64,000 bases of DNA, taken from Actinobacteria bacterium UBA4426 (GTDB lineage: Bacteria; Actinomycetota; Actinomycetes; S36-B12). Numbering within the stretch: position 1 is the stretch's first letter; the number at the start of each line of letters is the position of its first letter. Of this stretch, positions 46,623 to 59,651 are shown piece after piece. Location of the stretch: the NCBI GenBank assembly GCA_002390705.1, contig DGQA01000012.1, positions 5,608 through 69,607 of the forward strand, written 5' to 3'. The position numbers were made by a program, and so were the translations under genes. The notes below the pieces were generated by a model, which did no database searches, had not been told where the DNA came from, and was given only the letters and a program-made list of their open reading frames with translations.

Positions 46623-46939
46623 TGATTGCTCATATCCCACTCGCCATGGTCATTGCCTTGATTTTTAGCGCGAGCGGATTGTGGAGTGCGTTTTTCGACT
46701 CCAAAGTTGATCTGGGTGGAGTGCTGGGGCAGTTTTTGTTGATCACGGCGGTCATGACGGTGTTACTCAACCTTGTTAATCGCTTTTTGGCTCACTACCT
46801 TGCACATCCGAAGCTTGACCTGATGGCGCAGGGCGCAGAGCCCTTAGTGGCGCCTACGGTTGTAGTAGGGGAATCCACCGTTACTCCCCCCGAAGCGCCC
46901 GTAGAAGTCAACGCCTTGGAATCAGGATCAGATCAGTAG
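46622..46939 (+). CDS. hypothetical 2-TM membrane protein, last gene of the flagellar operon
   Basis: It has a TGATG overlap with the preceding gene. Two hydrophobic helices are followed by a Pro/Val/Glu-rich tail. Confidence 0.5.
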   Translation: MIAHIPLAMVIALIFSASGLWSAFFDSKVDLGGVLGQFLLITAVMTVLLNLVNRFLAHYLAHPKLDLMAQGAEPLVAPTVVVGESTVTPPEAPVEVNALESGSDQ

Positions 46940-47183
46940 TTCGCGTTTCTCCATCTGTTGTGCATTTTTGTTTTACATTCACGCCATTATTGGCAAGGTA
47001 ACCCAAAACAATCAAATGACTCGTCAAGTCAGGTGTATCCCGAACTCGCATTCGTTTCGCCACCACGTTCACCCAGCAACTATCGGCCCCAATCCTGCAT
47101 GATTCGCGGTCAATCTTGGGGCATTTGATGCCTAGAACGGCTATTCCTCAGCGTTTTCCTCCACAAAAACGCGCGCCCTATGC

Positions 47184-47204
47184 TATGAGTCCAAGCGACT
47201 CAAG
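47184..47204. promoter_or_regulatory. HAIR-like HspR operator (TATGAGT-N7-ACTCAAG)
   Basis: The right half matches the HAIR consensus CTTGAGT-N7-ACTCAAG perfectly and the left half matches 5/7. It lies 15 nt upstream of a TTGACA -35. Confidence 0.6.
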
Positions 47205-47219
47205 TACCTTGCGTTGGAT

Positions 47220-49718
<2,499 letters not shown>

Positions 49719-49752
49719 ATGTAAAGGGGAACCAAATGGATCGAGACAGGCG

Positions 49753-50892
49753 ATGAACAAGGATTGGCTCGAGAAAGACTTCTACGCCTTATTAGGTGTC
49801 AGTAAAAATGCGACCCCCGATGAAATGAAAAAGACATATCGCAAACATGCACGCGACCTTCACCCCGACAAGAACCCGGGAAACAAGAAAGCCGAAGACA
49901 AATTCAAGGCGGTTTCCGAGGCCTACGATGTATTATCTGATGAAAAGAAACGGAAGGAATACGACGAAGGTCGAGCTCTTTTCGCCTCCGGGGGTTACAG
50001 TCCCGGTCAGGGAGGCGGCGGGAAGTACAACGTCAATTACGAAGACCTATTCGGCGGCGACCAAAGTGGATTTGGTGACTTCCTTGGCGGTTTATTTAAT
50101 CGAGGCGGCGGTGGACGCTCGCAACAGCCACGACGCGGACAAGATATCGAGACCGCCCTCACTTTGTCGTTCAACGACACCCTCGATGGAGTGACGGTAC
50201 CGTTAAATCTTCAGAGTGATGCGCCATGTTCGATGTGTCACGGCACCGGAGCGAAAGCCGGCTCCACCCCAAAGGTGTGCCCCACGTGTCAAGGAAATGG
50301 ACAGGTTTCACGTAATGCGGGCGGATTCGCATTCGCTGAGCCCTGCCCCACGTGTCAGAGTCGAGGTCTGTTCGTAGACGACCCGTGTAACAGATGTCAC
50401 GGTTCCGGTCGAGGCAAAAGCAATCGAACCGTCCAGGCGCGAATACCGGCAGGAGTCAAAGATGGGTCAAAAGTTCGGCTTAAAGGTAAAGGCGGCCTCG
50501 GCAAGCGAGGAGGCCCCGGTGGAGACCTATTCGTCAAAGTTTCGGTTAAGCCCCATCCGCTCTACACACGCAAAGGCGAGAATTTAAGCGTTGAGGTCCC
50601 AGTGACTTTTGTCGAAGCAGCACTCGGTGCTGATATTCCAATTCCAATTCCACGCGGTGGGACTGTCAATATGCGAATTCCAGCGGGAACTACGACTGGT
50701 CGGACGTTCCGGATCAAAGGAAAAGGTGTCCGCGGCAAGGACGGCAAGAATCACGACGTTCTTGCGGTGATAGATGTCGCAGTCCCGCAGAACTTAAACG
50801 AGGACGCAAAGACTGCCCTAGAGGCCTTCGCCCAAGCAACAATTGATCAAGATCCACGCAAAGAGATATACGCGCTTGGGGCAAAACCATGA
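49753..50892 (+). CDS. dnaJ: molecular chaperone DnaJ
   Basis: It has a J domain with HPD (DLHPDKNP), a G/F-rich region and four CxxCxGxG zinc-finger repeats. Confidence 0.95.
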   Translation: MNKDWLEKDFYALLGVSKNATPDEMKKTYRKHARDLHPDKNPGNKKAEDKFKAVSEAYDVLSDEKKRKEYDEGRALFASGGYSPGQGGGGKYNVNYEDLFGGDQSGFGDFLGGLFNRGGGGRSQQPRRGQDIETALTLSFNDTLDGVTVPLNLQSDAPCSMCHGTGAKAGSTPKVCPTCQGNGQVSRNAGGFAFAEPCPTCQSRGLFVDDPCNRCHGSGRGKSNRTVQARIPAGVKDGSKVRLKGKGGLGKRGGPGGDLFVKVSVKPHPLYTRKGENLSVEVPVTFVEAALGADIPIPIPRGGTVNMRIPAGTTTGRTFRIKGKGVRGKDGKNHDVLAVIDVAVPQNLNEDAKTALEAFAQATIDQDPRKEIYALGAKP

Positions 50893-51248
50893 GCATTCCA
50901 AATGACGACAAAATTGTTGCTTCCGATACTCCGGTGTACGCGATTTCAATCGCCGCGCAACTCGCGGGATTGCATCCGCAGACCTTGCGACAATATGACC
51001 GTGTCGGTCTCGTATCGGCACACCGAGTCGCGGGAAGAAATCGACTTTACAGCGCGCGCGACGTCCAACGACTCCGCTACGTTTCACAATTATCAGCCGA
51101 AGGTTTGAGCATTGAAGGGATCAAACGAGTGATTGAACTTGAAGAACAAGTCCTCGCCCTCCGTGAACAGCTCGACGAGTTTCATCGCGAACGCACATCA
51201 CGCGCTTTGGTGGTGTGGCAACCGCGATACAGGAATCCGGGACAATAA
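50889..51248 (+). CDS. hspR: heat-shock repressor HspR (MerR family)
   Basis: It has a MerR-type HTH ([25 protein letters not shown]). An ATGA overlap links it to dnaJ. The position after dnaJ is as in other actinobacteria. Confidence 0.9.
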   Translation: MSIPNDDKIVASDTPVYAISIAAQLAGLHPQTLRQYDRVGLVSAHRVAGRNRLYSARDVQRLRYVSQLSAEGLSIEGIKRVIELEEQVLALREQLDEFHRERTSRALVVWQPRYRNPGQ

Positions 51249-53830
51249 TGGAGATTGCATTCACAACTAAAGGCCAGGACTCTATCGGTGCGTCGGTTCG
51301 AATTGCTGCTGCCCAAGGAAACCCCGCAGTTGAGCCCATTCACCTTCTCGACTCACTATTACAACAAGGACCCGGTATCGCGACCGCTCTACTTGAGTAT
51401 CTTGGCGTGGACGTGCCCACCTTCAAGACAAGGGTGCGGGCAGACTTGCAGGCGCTTCCCTCCGCTTCCGGGTCAACTGTTGCGGCCCCGAAATTAAGTC
51501 GCATTACCCTCACAGTTCTCAAGGAAGCAGATGTACTCGCTAAAGAGCGCGGTGACAAGTACGTCAGCACCGAACATCTCCTCATTGCTCTGGCACAGAG
51601 CGGCGACTCCACAGTCAAAAAAATACTTTCAACAAAGGGGGCGACCGGTGAGTTGTTGCTCCAAGCTCTATTAGAAACAAAAGGGAGCGCACGCGTGAAC
51701 ACACAGGACCCAGAAGGCACTTTCCAGGCACTTAACAAGTACGGTCTTGACCTCACCGCGCTAGCCCGCGAAGGCAAGATCGACCCAGTAATCGGTCGCG
51801 ATGAGGAAGTGCGTCGAACTATCCAAGTTCTTTCTCGTCGCACCAAGAACAACCCGGTTCTGATCGGCGAACCAGGGGTAGGAAAGACGGCCGTCGTAGA
51901 AGGTTTGGCGCGTCGTATTGTCGAAGGGGATGTCCCCACTTCACTCGTTGGGAAAACTCTCATTTCTCTCGACATGAGCGCAATGGTTGCTGGGGCAAAG
52001 TACCGCGGCGAATTTGAAGAACGCTTGAAAGCAGTCCTCGACGAGATCAAAGGTAGCGACGGTCAAATAGTTACTTTTATCGATGAGCTCCACACAGTTG
52101 TTGGCGCTGGAAGTAGCGGTGATTCGGCAATGGACGCCGGCAATATGTTGAAGCCAATGCTTGCCCGGGGTGAGCTACGCATGATTGGTGCGACAACGTT
52201 GGATGAGTACCGTCAATACATTGAAAAAGATGCGGCACTTGAGCGGCGTTTCCAGCAGGTATTTGTTGACCAGCCCAGTGTTGAAGACACCATTGCGATT
52301 CTCAGGGGTATCAAGGAAAAATATGAAGCGCATCACAAAGTCGTGATTTCTGATGCGGCGCTCGTCGCCGCGGCAACTATGTCCGATCGCTACATCACCA
52401 GTCGCTTCCTACCCGACAAGGCAATAGACCTAATGGATGAGTCAGCAAGCCGTTTGCGGATGGAAATCGACTCCTCGCCCGTTGAGATTGATGTGCTTCA
52501 ACGTCAAGTAGACCGCTTGCGCATGGAAGATCTCGCGGTGTCAAAAGAAAAAGATGATGCCTCGAAAAATCGTTTGGCCAAGATTCGGACTGAGATCGCG
52601 GAAAAAGACATAGAACTGCGCGAACTTCGCACCCTTTGGGATGCTGAAAAGCAAGGACTAGACCGCATTGGCGAAATCAAGGTCCTCGTCGATGACTTGC
52701 GTGCTGTTGCTGACAAAGCCCAGCGTGAAGGAGACTTTGAGCGAGCATCACGGATTCTGTATTCTGAACTCCCCACTTTTGAAGAGGAACTTGAAAAAGT
52801 CACGGCGGAAACCAATGCGCGTGAATCAACCATGGTCAAAGAAGAAGTCACCGCAGATGACATCGCTGAAGTTGTTGCAGCGTGGACCGGCATCCCGGCA
52901 GGTCGAATGCTCGAGGGGGAAACCGAGAAACTGATACGCATGGACGACCATCTTGGCGAGCGAGTGATCGGCCAACCGAAAGCCGTTCGTGAAGTCAGTG
53001 ACGCGGTGCGCCGTGCGCGAGCAGGGATCGCCGATCCCAACCGACCAACTGGTTCCTTCATGTTCCTGGGGCCAACCGGCGTGGGGAAAACCGAGTTGGC
53101 CAAAGCACTCGCAGAATTCCTCTTCGATGACGAACGATCCATGATCCGTATTGACATGAGCGAGTACTCTGAGAAGCACTCGGTGGCGCGTTTAGTTGGC
53201 GCACCTCCCGGATATGTTGGATACGAACAGGGTGGCCAACTCACTGAAGCAGTACGTCGACGTCCTTACTCCGTGATCTTGTTCGACGAGATCGAAAAAG
53301 CGCACCCCGAAGTATTTGACATCTTGCTACAAGTTCTCGACGACGGGCGCTTGACGGACAGCCAAGGCAGAACCGTCGACTTCCGTAATGCTATTTTGAT
53401 TTTGACCTCTAACTTAGGTTCCCAATTCTTGATTGACCAAGATGTACCGTTCTCCGAACGCAAGGCAGCCGTTATGGAAGTTGTTCGCGAAAAATTCCGA
53501 CCTGAGTTTCTTAATCGACTCGACGCGATGGTCACATTTGATCCACTTGACAGGGAAGAATTACGTCGAATTACCGAAATTCACATTGAGCAATTGCAGG
53601 AACGGCTCTCTGACCGCCGGATCACCCTCGAGTTGGAAGCGACGGCGCTCACCTGGTTGGTTGATCGTGGCTTTGACCCTGTTTACGGAGCACGTCCACT
53701 GCGTCGGCTCATTCACACCGCGGTGGGTGACAAGTTGGCGATGGCGCTATTAGGTGGTGAATTAACAGATGGCGACACCTGTGTAATCGCGGTGGCAGAC
53801 GACGGCGAATCACTTAAAATTCGATCATGA
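51248..53830 (+). CDS. clpB: ATP-dependent chaperone ClpB
   Basis: It has two AAA+ modules ([16 protein letters not shown]) and a middle coiled-coil domain. A TAATG overlap links it to the hspR stop. Confidence 0.97.
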   Translation: MEIAFTTKGQDSIGASVRIAAAQGNPAVEPIHLLDSLLQQGPGIATALLEYLGVDVPTFKTRVRADLQALPSASGSTVAAPKLSRITLTVLKEADVLAKERGDKYVSTEHLLIALAQSGDSTVKKILSTKGATGELLLQALLETKGSARVNTQDPEGTFQALNKYGLDLTALAREGKIDPVIGRDEEVRRTIQVLSRRTKNNPVLIGEPGVGKTAVVEGLARRIVEGDVPTSLVGKTLISLDMSAMVAGAKYRGEFEERLKAVLDEIKGSDGQIVTFIDELHTVVGAGSSGDSAMDAGNMLKPMLARGELRMIGATTLDEYRQYIEKDAALERRFQQVFVDQPSVEDTIAILRGIKEKYEAHHKVVISDAALVAAATMSDRYITSRFLPDKAIDLMDESASRLRMEIDSSPVEIDVLQRQVDRLRMEDLAVSKEKDDASKNRLAKIRTEIAEKDIELRELRTLWDAEKQGLDRIGEIKVLVDDLRAVADKAQREGDFERASRILYSELPTFEEELEKVTAETNARESTMVKEEVTADDIAEVVAAWTGIPAGRMLEGETEKLIRMDDHLGERVIGQPKAVREVSDAVRRARAGIADPNRPTGSFMFLGPTGVGKTELAKALAEFLFDDERSMIRIDMSEYSEKHSVARLVGAPPGYVGYEQGGQLTEAVRRRPYSVILFDEIEKAHPEVFDILLQVLDDGRLTDSQGRTVDFRNAILILTSNLGSQFLIDQDVPFSERKAAVMEVVREKFRPEFLNRLDAMVTFDPLDREELRRITEIHIEQLQERLSDRRITLELEATALTWLVDRGFDPVYGARPLRRLIHTAVGDKLAMALLGGELTDGDTCVIAVADDGESLKIRS

Positions 53831-54339
53831 TCACACTTACGATTCGCACCGGGCTCATTGCCGCCCTCCTCGGAACTTTCTGCCTCGGGTTTATCGCCCC
53901 GGCAACTGCAGCACCAAAGGGCGAGAAGGTTGTATTTCTTACCAAGTTTGTCAGTGAAGAAACAACACTAAATGTCTTACCGGGGGGTCACACCTACGGC
54001 TGGAACTACCTTACGAGCGCCACCAAAATTGACGGTAAGCCGGGGAAAGTTGAGTTCCTGGGTGTAGTGAATTACACAGACGGCAGCGGCCCCTTCGGTG
54101 GATTTGTCACCGTGACTTTAGACAATGGTTCAATCCTTGGACTGGCGGTTGATGGCCAAGGCTTGTCCCTTGCGAAAGGTGGGGGAACAGCAGACGCCCG
54201 TTTTGGGGGTTCCATCACAGTAATCAGCGGATCGGGCGATTTTAAAAAGGCGCAGGGCATAGGCACAATGACTGGGAGCCGGGCGTCAACACTGGGTAGT
54301 CCCGTGGCCATGAAATTTAATGTGATCCTTAAAAAATAG
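53827..54339 (+). CDS. hypothetical secreted protein (signal peptide, beta-rich)
   Basis: An ATGA overlap links it to the clpB stop. The N-terminus LIAALLGTFCLGFIAPATAAP looks like a signal peptide. I recognise no family with confidence. Confidence 0.5.
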   Translation: MITLTIRTGLIAALLGTFCLGFIAPATAAPKGEKVVFLTKFVSEETTLNVLPGGHTYGWNYLTSATKIDGKPGKVEFLGVVNYTDGSGPFGGFVTVTLDNGSILGLAVDGQGLSLAKGGGTADARFGGSITVISGSGDFKKAQGIGTMTGSRASTLGSPVAMKFNVILKK

Positions 54340-55492
54340 TGCGGATTCGAGTGGTGGCCTCTGCGAGAACTTCAGGCTTTTTACAGAATGCCCACCGGAC
54401 ATATTCTTTAAAGTCTTGACCTGACTCGGTGAAAACTTGGTGTGGGATCGCAATAACCTGACATTTTTTAGCCAACATTCGTGCGAACTCAAAGCCGTCG
54501 GTAAAGCCGATGGGGGAGATATCTGTGGTGACGAAATACGTCCCTTCGGTGGGGATCACCCGCATACCAATGTGCTCAAGCCCCGCACTCAGCTGATCCC
54601 TCTTGGCGCTTAGGCCATGCCGGATCTCATTGAAGTATTGGTCCGGCAGCCCCAGACCGCAGGCGATTGCTAGTTGGAATGGGCCGCCGGAAACATAACT
54701 CAAATGCTGCCGCACAGCTTTAACCGCAGAAATCAACGACTGCGGTCCGCTGGCCCAACCAACCTTCCAGCCGGTAAACGAAAAAGACTTTCCACCCGAA
54801 CCGATCGTGATCGTGCGCTCAAACATTCCCGGTAGCGTGGAAATTGGGATGTGAATATGCGAGTCGAACCACAGGTGCTCGTAGGCTTCATCGGAAATTA
54901 CGATCAACTCGTGTTCGATCACAATAGAGGCAATCGCGCTTAGTTCCTCGCGATTGAAAACTATTCCACTCGGGTTGTGGGGTGAGTTCAGCAATAAGAC
55001 TCTGGTCGCGGGAGTTATTGCCTCCGCGAGGGCTTGGATATCTGGGCGAAAGTCAGGTTTTTGCAGGGGAACACCAACAGGTATCGCGCCGGTGAGGTCA
55101 ATAATTGCCCGGTACACGTCGAATGCAGGCTCAAAGAACACGACTTCATGACCCTTTTCAACGAGTGCCAAAAGGCTGGACGCGATCGCCTCGCTCGCTC
55201 CGGTCGTGGCAACGACGCCGGTGTCAGGATCAATGTCGATGTGATAAAAGCGTTTTTGGTGGGCAGCAATTGCTAAGCGCAATTCCGGGAAGCCGTTGGG
55301 TGGTGGGTACTGATTACCTCGTCCGCTCGCAATGCACCGGGCCGCTTCGTCTTTGATTTCCTGGGGACCATCGGTGTCTGGGAATCCTTGACCAAGATTG
55401 ATCGAATTAGTTTCTACCGCAAGGCGCGACATCTCTGCGAAGATTGAGACCGCATGGGGCCGCATTTTTTGGACTAGGAAGTTTTCTGACAC
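54329..55492 (-). CDS. PLP-dependent aminotransferase, class I/II
   Basis: 387 aa. The PLP-lysine context is SGGKSFSFTGWKVGW and the N-terminus has NLGQGFPD. Confidence 0.85.
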   Translation of the reverse strand: MSENFLVQKMRPHAVSIFAEMSRLAVETNSINLGQGFPDTDGPQEIKDEAARCIASGRGNQYPPPNGFPELRLAIAAHQKRFYHIDIDPDTGVVATTGASEAIASSLLALVEKGHEVVFFEPAFDVYRAIIDLTGAIPVGVPLQKPDFRPDIQALAEAITPATRVLLLNSPHNPSGIVFNREELSAIASIVIEHELIVISDEAYEHLWFDSHIHIPISTLPGMFERTITIGSGGKSFSFTGWKVGWASGPQSLISAVKAVRQHLSYVSGGPFQLAIACGLGLPDQYFNEIRHGLSAKRDQLSAGLEHIGMRVIPTEGTYFVTTDISPIGFTDGFEFARMLAKKCQVIAIPHQVFTESGQDFKEYVRWAFCKKPEVLAEATTRIRTIF

Positions 55493-55542
55493 GGGGCAAC
55501 CCTAAGCCTGCAGCATGATGGCCCCCGTGCTTAGGTGGGAGG

Positions 55543-56616
55543 GTGAGTACGCGAATAATTGAGCCCGGGGCACAACTCACGGGTGAAATCGAATCAGCTC
55601 TGCACGTGATTGCAGAAAGTGCCGAAATTTCTGATCACACGGGAGTTCCTCGAAGCCACATTGAATTGCTTGCCTCAGCCGGGGCCCATGGCGCCCCACG
55701 GGCATTGGCGCAACAACGTGAAGTCACCGAGCGCCTTGCTGGAGCAGATGCGAGTACCTGGTTTTGTTGGAGCCAACACCAGACACCATTACGCACAATG
55801 CTTGAGGGTGGAAACCAGTCAGCGAGTGAGGCACTTTCGAGACGTTGGTTGTCTGGATTGCAGGGGGGCGAGTTTTTGGCCGCGATTGCATTTGCACACG
55901 TGCGGCGTGCGGGGCCGCCAAACCCAGTCGCTCACCAATGTGAAGGTGGGTGGGAGCTGACCGGGACCCTTGACTGGGTAACGAGTTGGGATATTGCCGA
56001 CGTACTGATGCTGTTAGCGTCTACAGAAGATAAATCTAAGTTCGTGATTTTCTATCTACAGCTCAGAGACTTCACCGAAGAATTTAATTCGTGTGTTGTA
56101 GGGGAACCATTGAAATTGTTGGCAATGTCAGGTACACACAGTAGGCCGATCACCTTTGATCACACGTTTATTAGTAGCGACTGCGTATTCAGTGTGATCG
56201 ATGCAGATAAATGGCTGGTAGCTGATTCGATGAAAACAATCTTGCCAAATCCGGCGGCCTTGGGCGTTGCGCGGGGAGCAATTGAGCAACTCAATGAAGT
56301 CGCATCCAGTCGCAATCAGAAGCAAGGAATAATTGCTGCAAGTGAATTGGCGAGGAAATATCACGGTCTGCGTGAGCGCGCTTACGCCGCGACGGACAAC
56401 CCTAAAACTCCCAGATCGGTACTGGTTTCCTTGCGCGTTCAGATACTTGAGTTTGCTGTCGAGTGCGCTATCGCTGTAATCACTGCGAGTTCAGGCGGCG
56501 CAATGTTGATGGGCAACGCCGCGGAGCGCAGGGCGCGCGAAGCAATGTTTTTGCAGATTCAAGCGCAAACGCAAGAAACGAGAAATGCTGCATTGACGCG
56601 TGTGACGAACAAGTAG
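55543..56616 (+). CDS. acyl-CoA dehydrogenase-fold family protein (putative)
   Basis: 357 aa. I judge only a weak resemblance to ACAD-like or flavin-dependent oxygenase-like proteins. Confidence 0.35.
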   Translation: MSTRIIEPGAQLTGEIESALHVIAESAEISDHTGVPRSHIELLASAGAHGAPRALAQQREVTERLAGADASTWFCWSQHQTPLRTMLEGGNQSASEALSRRWLSGLQGGEFLAAIAFAHVRRAGPPNPVAHQCEGGWELTGTLDWVTSWDIADVLMLLASTEDKSKFVIFYLQLRDFTEEFNSCVVGEPLKLLAMSGTHSRPITFDHTFISSDCVFSVIDADKWLVADSMKTILPNPAALGVARGAIEQLNEVASSRNQKQGIIAASELARKYHGLRERAYAATDNPKTPRSVLVSLRVQILEFAVECAIAVITASSGGAMLMGNAAERRAREAMFLQIQAQTQETRNAALTRVTNK

Positions 56617-56649
56617 TTCATACTCGTTTTCTCATGACATACTAAGGTC

Positions 56650-57078
56650 ATGAGAATCCTACCGAAATTCCTCGCAGCGTTTGTTGCGTCAGCTTTCGCA
56701 TTAACAGCTTTCGGCGCTGCGCCTGCTCAGGCAGCTAAAGACCCAGCCAAGGGGGACTACACCCTTTCTGTTGAAATGCAGACTGGCCAGATCCGGTTGC
56801 TGCCTGACGACATTATTGTGATCAGCTTGCAGAACAACCCCACTACAGGTTATTCGGTCAGCGCAAAAATCACTGGTAAGAAAAAAGCAGTGAAACTTTC
56901 TAAAGGCTTTTATGCCGCGACGCCTAATTCATCCGGCATGGTTGGTGGCGGTGGAGTCACCAACTGGGGACTTGAAGCAATGAAGCCCGGAGTCGCGACA
57001 GTGGTTGTAACAATCACCGCGCCCAGCGGTAAAGTTGACCAGACTTTCAAGCTGAAAGTAATTGTCACAGCCAAGTAA
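56650..57078 (+). CDS. secreted chagasin/ICP-type (I42) peptidase inhibitor family protein
   Basis: It has a signal peptide (FALTAFGAAPAQA), the NPTTGY motif and a later Gly-rich loop (MVGGGGVTNW), typical of the I42 family. Confidence 0.6.
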   Translation: MRILPKFLAAFVASAFALTAFGAAPAQAAKDPAKGDYTLSVEMQTGQIRLLPDDIIVISLQNNPTTGYSVSAKITGKKKAVKLSKGFYAATPNSSGMVGGGGVTNWGLEAMKPGVATVVVTITAPSGKVDQTFKLKVIVTAK

Positions 57079-57082
57079 TTGG

Positions 57083-58615
57083 TTAACGAGCACGACGAAT
57101 TGTTTGTGGAGCCGAGTCAGCAACACCGGCTTCTGTGGCAATTCGAACACCGCAGTCGTAGCGACTTTTGGTTAAGTTACGCACAACCGCTGAATTATTG
57201 AGAATTCGAGCAGAGCGAATGGCTCCGGCGCTCACGGGTGAGCAGATGACTCGCTCTGTTGTGATTTGTGAACCATTTGCAAGCGAAGCGGTCACGCGAA
57301 ATTTGGCGGTTTCCCCGGTGAACTTGACCGACTTAATATTTCCTGCAACGGGTTGATCACTAGGGATCGCAGTGATCGGCTGCGACGGTGGCGAGTTGCC
57401 TTGGTCGGTCGCAGATATTGCCGTAATCGTGTACTCAGCACCCGTGAGGAGTCCTGAAATTAAGCAACTTCCAGTGACACTGCGCTTGGTCGGCGCTGCA
57501 AAACACGTGAAGGTGTGAGTGTTATTAGGATCAATCGAACTTGGCCCGGTAGCCGTCACCGCGTACTGGGTCACAGTGGTCCCATCTTGACCGGCAGTGA
57601 TCCGAACCTTCAGCTGGTTAAGAAGCGGGATAACGGTAACGCTCGGCGAAAGAGTGGGAATCGAAAGCGGTATCGCTCCGGCACTTTGCAAGTATGTGTT
57701 GAGCGCACTCACGCGACTGTACACACCCGGGTAACTGCTAGCACAGTCCTCGCCCCAACTCACAACTCCAACGAGTCGAGGCCCGGCGCTCGCATCAACC
57801 ACCAAGGGTCCACCAGAATCTCCTTGACAGGCGTCGACAACTTTTTTGTCGGAGCTGACTCCGGCGGCACACAGCATAATCTTTTTATTTAATTCACTGG
57901 CGTCAAAGCCATTAAAATTGAGTCCATCAATTTTATACCGCTTCCCACCGCCACAGGAATTGTTCGGAAAAATAATCAGATCGCCGACCTGGAAAACGGA
58001 AGTATATTTTTTTCCCGAGCCTGCTGTATTTCCCCAGCCCGCAACTTGGGCCGCTCGGCCAGCGGAGGTGTATTCAGTGGACAACCCCGGAATCAAAGGG
58101 GCCAATAACGCAATGTCATCGACAGGCGAAGCGAGCGTCAACACGGAAATGTCGTTTTCGGAGGTTTCAATGTCGTATTTCGGGTGCACACTCACGCTGG
58201 CAATATCGATAAGTCGAATATTTGTGGAATCTAAATTCCGAGTGAAGCCCGCAGTGATTTCGGCAGCGGCGCTCTTTTCACCCGTCTTTTGGTTAACCAC
58301 GCAGTGGGCGGCGGTCACCAATGTGGTTGGGGTGGTCAGCGTTGCAGCGCAAAATTGGGCTTGGAAGGCATCCTTCTGCTGTAGTTCCTTGGTTTTTAGC
58401 AGTGCGGCAAGGTAAGGGAATTGACCAACTTCACCGTCAAGTCCCTGAACTACTCGTGGGGACAGTGGGTTGGCGCTGTTGCCTACCCCTTGGGCATTTA
58501 CCACGGGAAAAAACCCGAGAACTGCAGCCATCAACCCAATCAGCGCGTGCTTTCCCCCACACTTCACTCCGCAACGGTAAGCCATGCGCTGACACAAGGC
58601 GCTATGAGTCGGCAC
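57083..58615 (-). CDS. secreted trypsin-like (S1) serine protease with C-terminal Fn3-like repeats
   Basis: The catalytic contexts are [14 protein letters not shown] and [11 protein letters not shown]. The N-terminus is signal-like. About 170 aa at the C-terminus form beta-rich repeats. The start is uncertain. Confidence 0.85.
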   Translation of the reverse strand: MPTHSALCQRMAYRCGVKCGGKHALIGLMAAVLGFFPVVNAQGVGNSANPLSPRVVQGLDGEVGQFPYLAALLKTKELQQKDAFQAQFCAATLTTPTTLVTAAHCVVNQKTGEKSAAAEITAGFTRNLDSTNIRLIDIASVSVHPKYDIETSENDISVLTLASPVDDIALLAPLIPGLSTEYTSAGRAAQVAGWGNTAGSGKKYTSVFQVGDLIIFPNNSCGGGKRYKIDGLNFNGFDASELNKKIMLCAAGVSSDKKVVDACQGDSGGPLVVDASAGPRLVGVVSWGEDCASSYPGVYSRVSALNTYLQSAGAIPLSIPTLSPSVTVIPLLNQLKVRITAGQDGTTVTQYAVTATGPSSIDPNNTHTFTCFAAPTKRSVTGSCLISGLLTGAEYTITAISATDQGNSPPSQPITAIPSDQPVAGNIKSVKFTGETAKFRVTASLANGSQITTERVICSPVSAGAIRSARILNNSAVVRNLTKSRYDCGVRIATEAGVADSAPQTIRRAR

Positions 58616-58639
58616 TGAACGGGAATCGGTCTGGGTCAG

Positions 58640-59068
58640 CTAGGGCAAACAATTATCAATTAACGCGGCGAATGCGGGTTCGCCGGGGAAGCTAGCTACC
58701 TCAATGCCACGAAGTGATACATCTCTAGGAATGATCGAACCCGGTGAAAAGTAGGCGGTAATGGGGGCGTTTGGCCAGGTTTCGGTAAAGGGAGGGAGGG
58801 CCGGGCTGATCAGTTGGTAACTCAAAATCTTTCTATTCCCGGCTTTTTGGGCGAGAGCAATTGCCGGGAGCTGCTCGCAGGCTTTGCCAGTTGCAATGAC
58901 AACTAGGTGCGCGGTCACAGCGCTCTGCGAAATGCTCGCACAGGTTTTAGCCGGGTCGGTCTCAAGCTGAATTTCAACATAATCCGTGAAGTTGCAGATG
59001 GCCAATTCTGCTGAGAGAGCAGGATGGGTGTCGGCGCTGACCAAATGGACAACAGTTATTTCATTCAT
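58640..59068 (-). CDS. hypothetical protein
   Basis: 142-aa ORF with ordinary composition. No family was recognised. Confidence 0.4.
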   Translation of the reverse strand: MNEITVVHLVSADTHPALSAELAICNFTDYVEIQLETDPAKTCASISQSAVTAHLVVIATGKACEQLPAIALAQKAGNRKILSYQLISPALPPFTETWPNAPITAYFSPGSIIPRDVSLRGIEVASFPGEPAFAALIDNCLP

Positions 59069-59099
59069 TGGAATAAGCCTATTGGCAGTTGATTAAGAT

Positions 59100-59651
59100 G
59101 TGGATATGTCAACAAGCGACGAATGGAATGCATTACGTCAACAAATCTTGGACAAAGCCGTTGTGCGCGGGAAAGTTATTCTCTCCAGCGGGCGAGAAGC
59201 GGACTACTACATTGATTTACGTCGAGTAACCCTTGACGCAGAAGCTGCCCCACTCGTTGGTGCGGTTATGCGTCAAGTCAATAGCGGTTTCGACTATCAG
59301 GCGGTCGGTGGGCTAACCCTTGGTGCGGATCCTGTTGCCTCGGCCATGATGCATAACGCGGCAGGTGAGGGTGAACTTCTTAATTCGTTTGTCGTTCGCA
59401 AGAGCGAAAAGCAGCATGGTTTGCAACGCCGCATTGAAGGACCAGACGTCAACGGTATTCGAGTTCTTGCGGTTGAGGACACGTCCACCACTGGGTCATC
59501 GGTAATGACCGCTGTGGAAGCACTCTTGGTTGACGGCGCAGTTATTGCAGGAGTGAGCGTGATTGTTGATCGGGGTGCTCGCGCAGCAGTGGAAGAGCGC
59601 GGCTACAAGTACACCGCGGCATACACACTTGCTGACCTAGGTCTCGAGTAG
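59100..59651 (+). CDS. pyrE: orotate phosphoribosyltransferase
   Basis: The PRPP-binding motif VLAVEDTSTTGSS is present. An alternative ATG start lies at 59106. Confidence 0.9.
   Translation: MDMSTSDEWNALRQQILDKAVVRGKVILSSGREADYYIDLRRVTLDAEAAPLVGAVMRQVNSGFDYQAVGGLTLGADPVASAMMHNAAGEGELLNSFVVRKSEKQHGLQRRIEGPDVNGIRVLAVEDTSTTGSSVMTAVEALLVDGAVIAGVSVIVDRGARAAVEERGYKYTAAYTLADLGLE

Noticed and set aside
51340-53244. Long antisense ORFs of 236 and 246 aa lie inside clpB. Similar ones occur at 41095-41769 (inside fliR/flhB), 28594-29043 (fliH), 62480-63052 and 1629-1982.
   Set aside because: The opposite strand encodes unmistakable conserved proteins. The antisense products are low-complexity and Arg/Ser/Pro/Ala-rich, as expected for stop-poor frames in GC-biased coding DNA.
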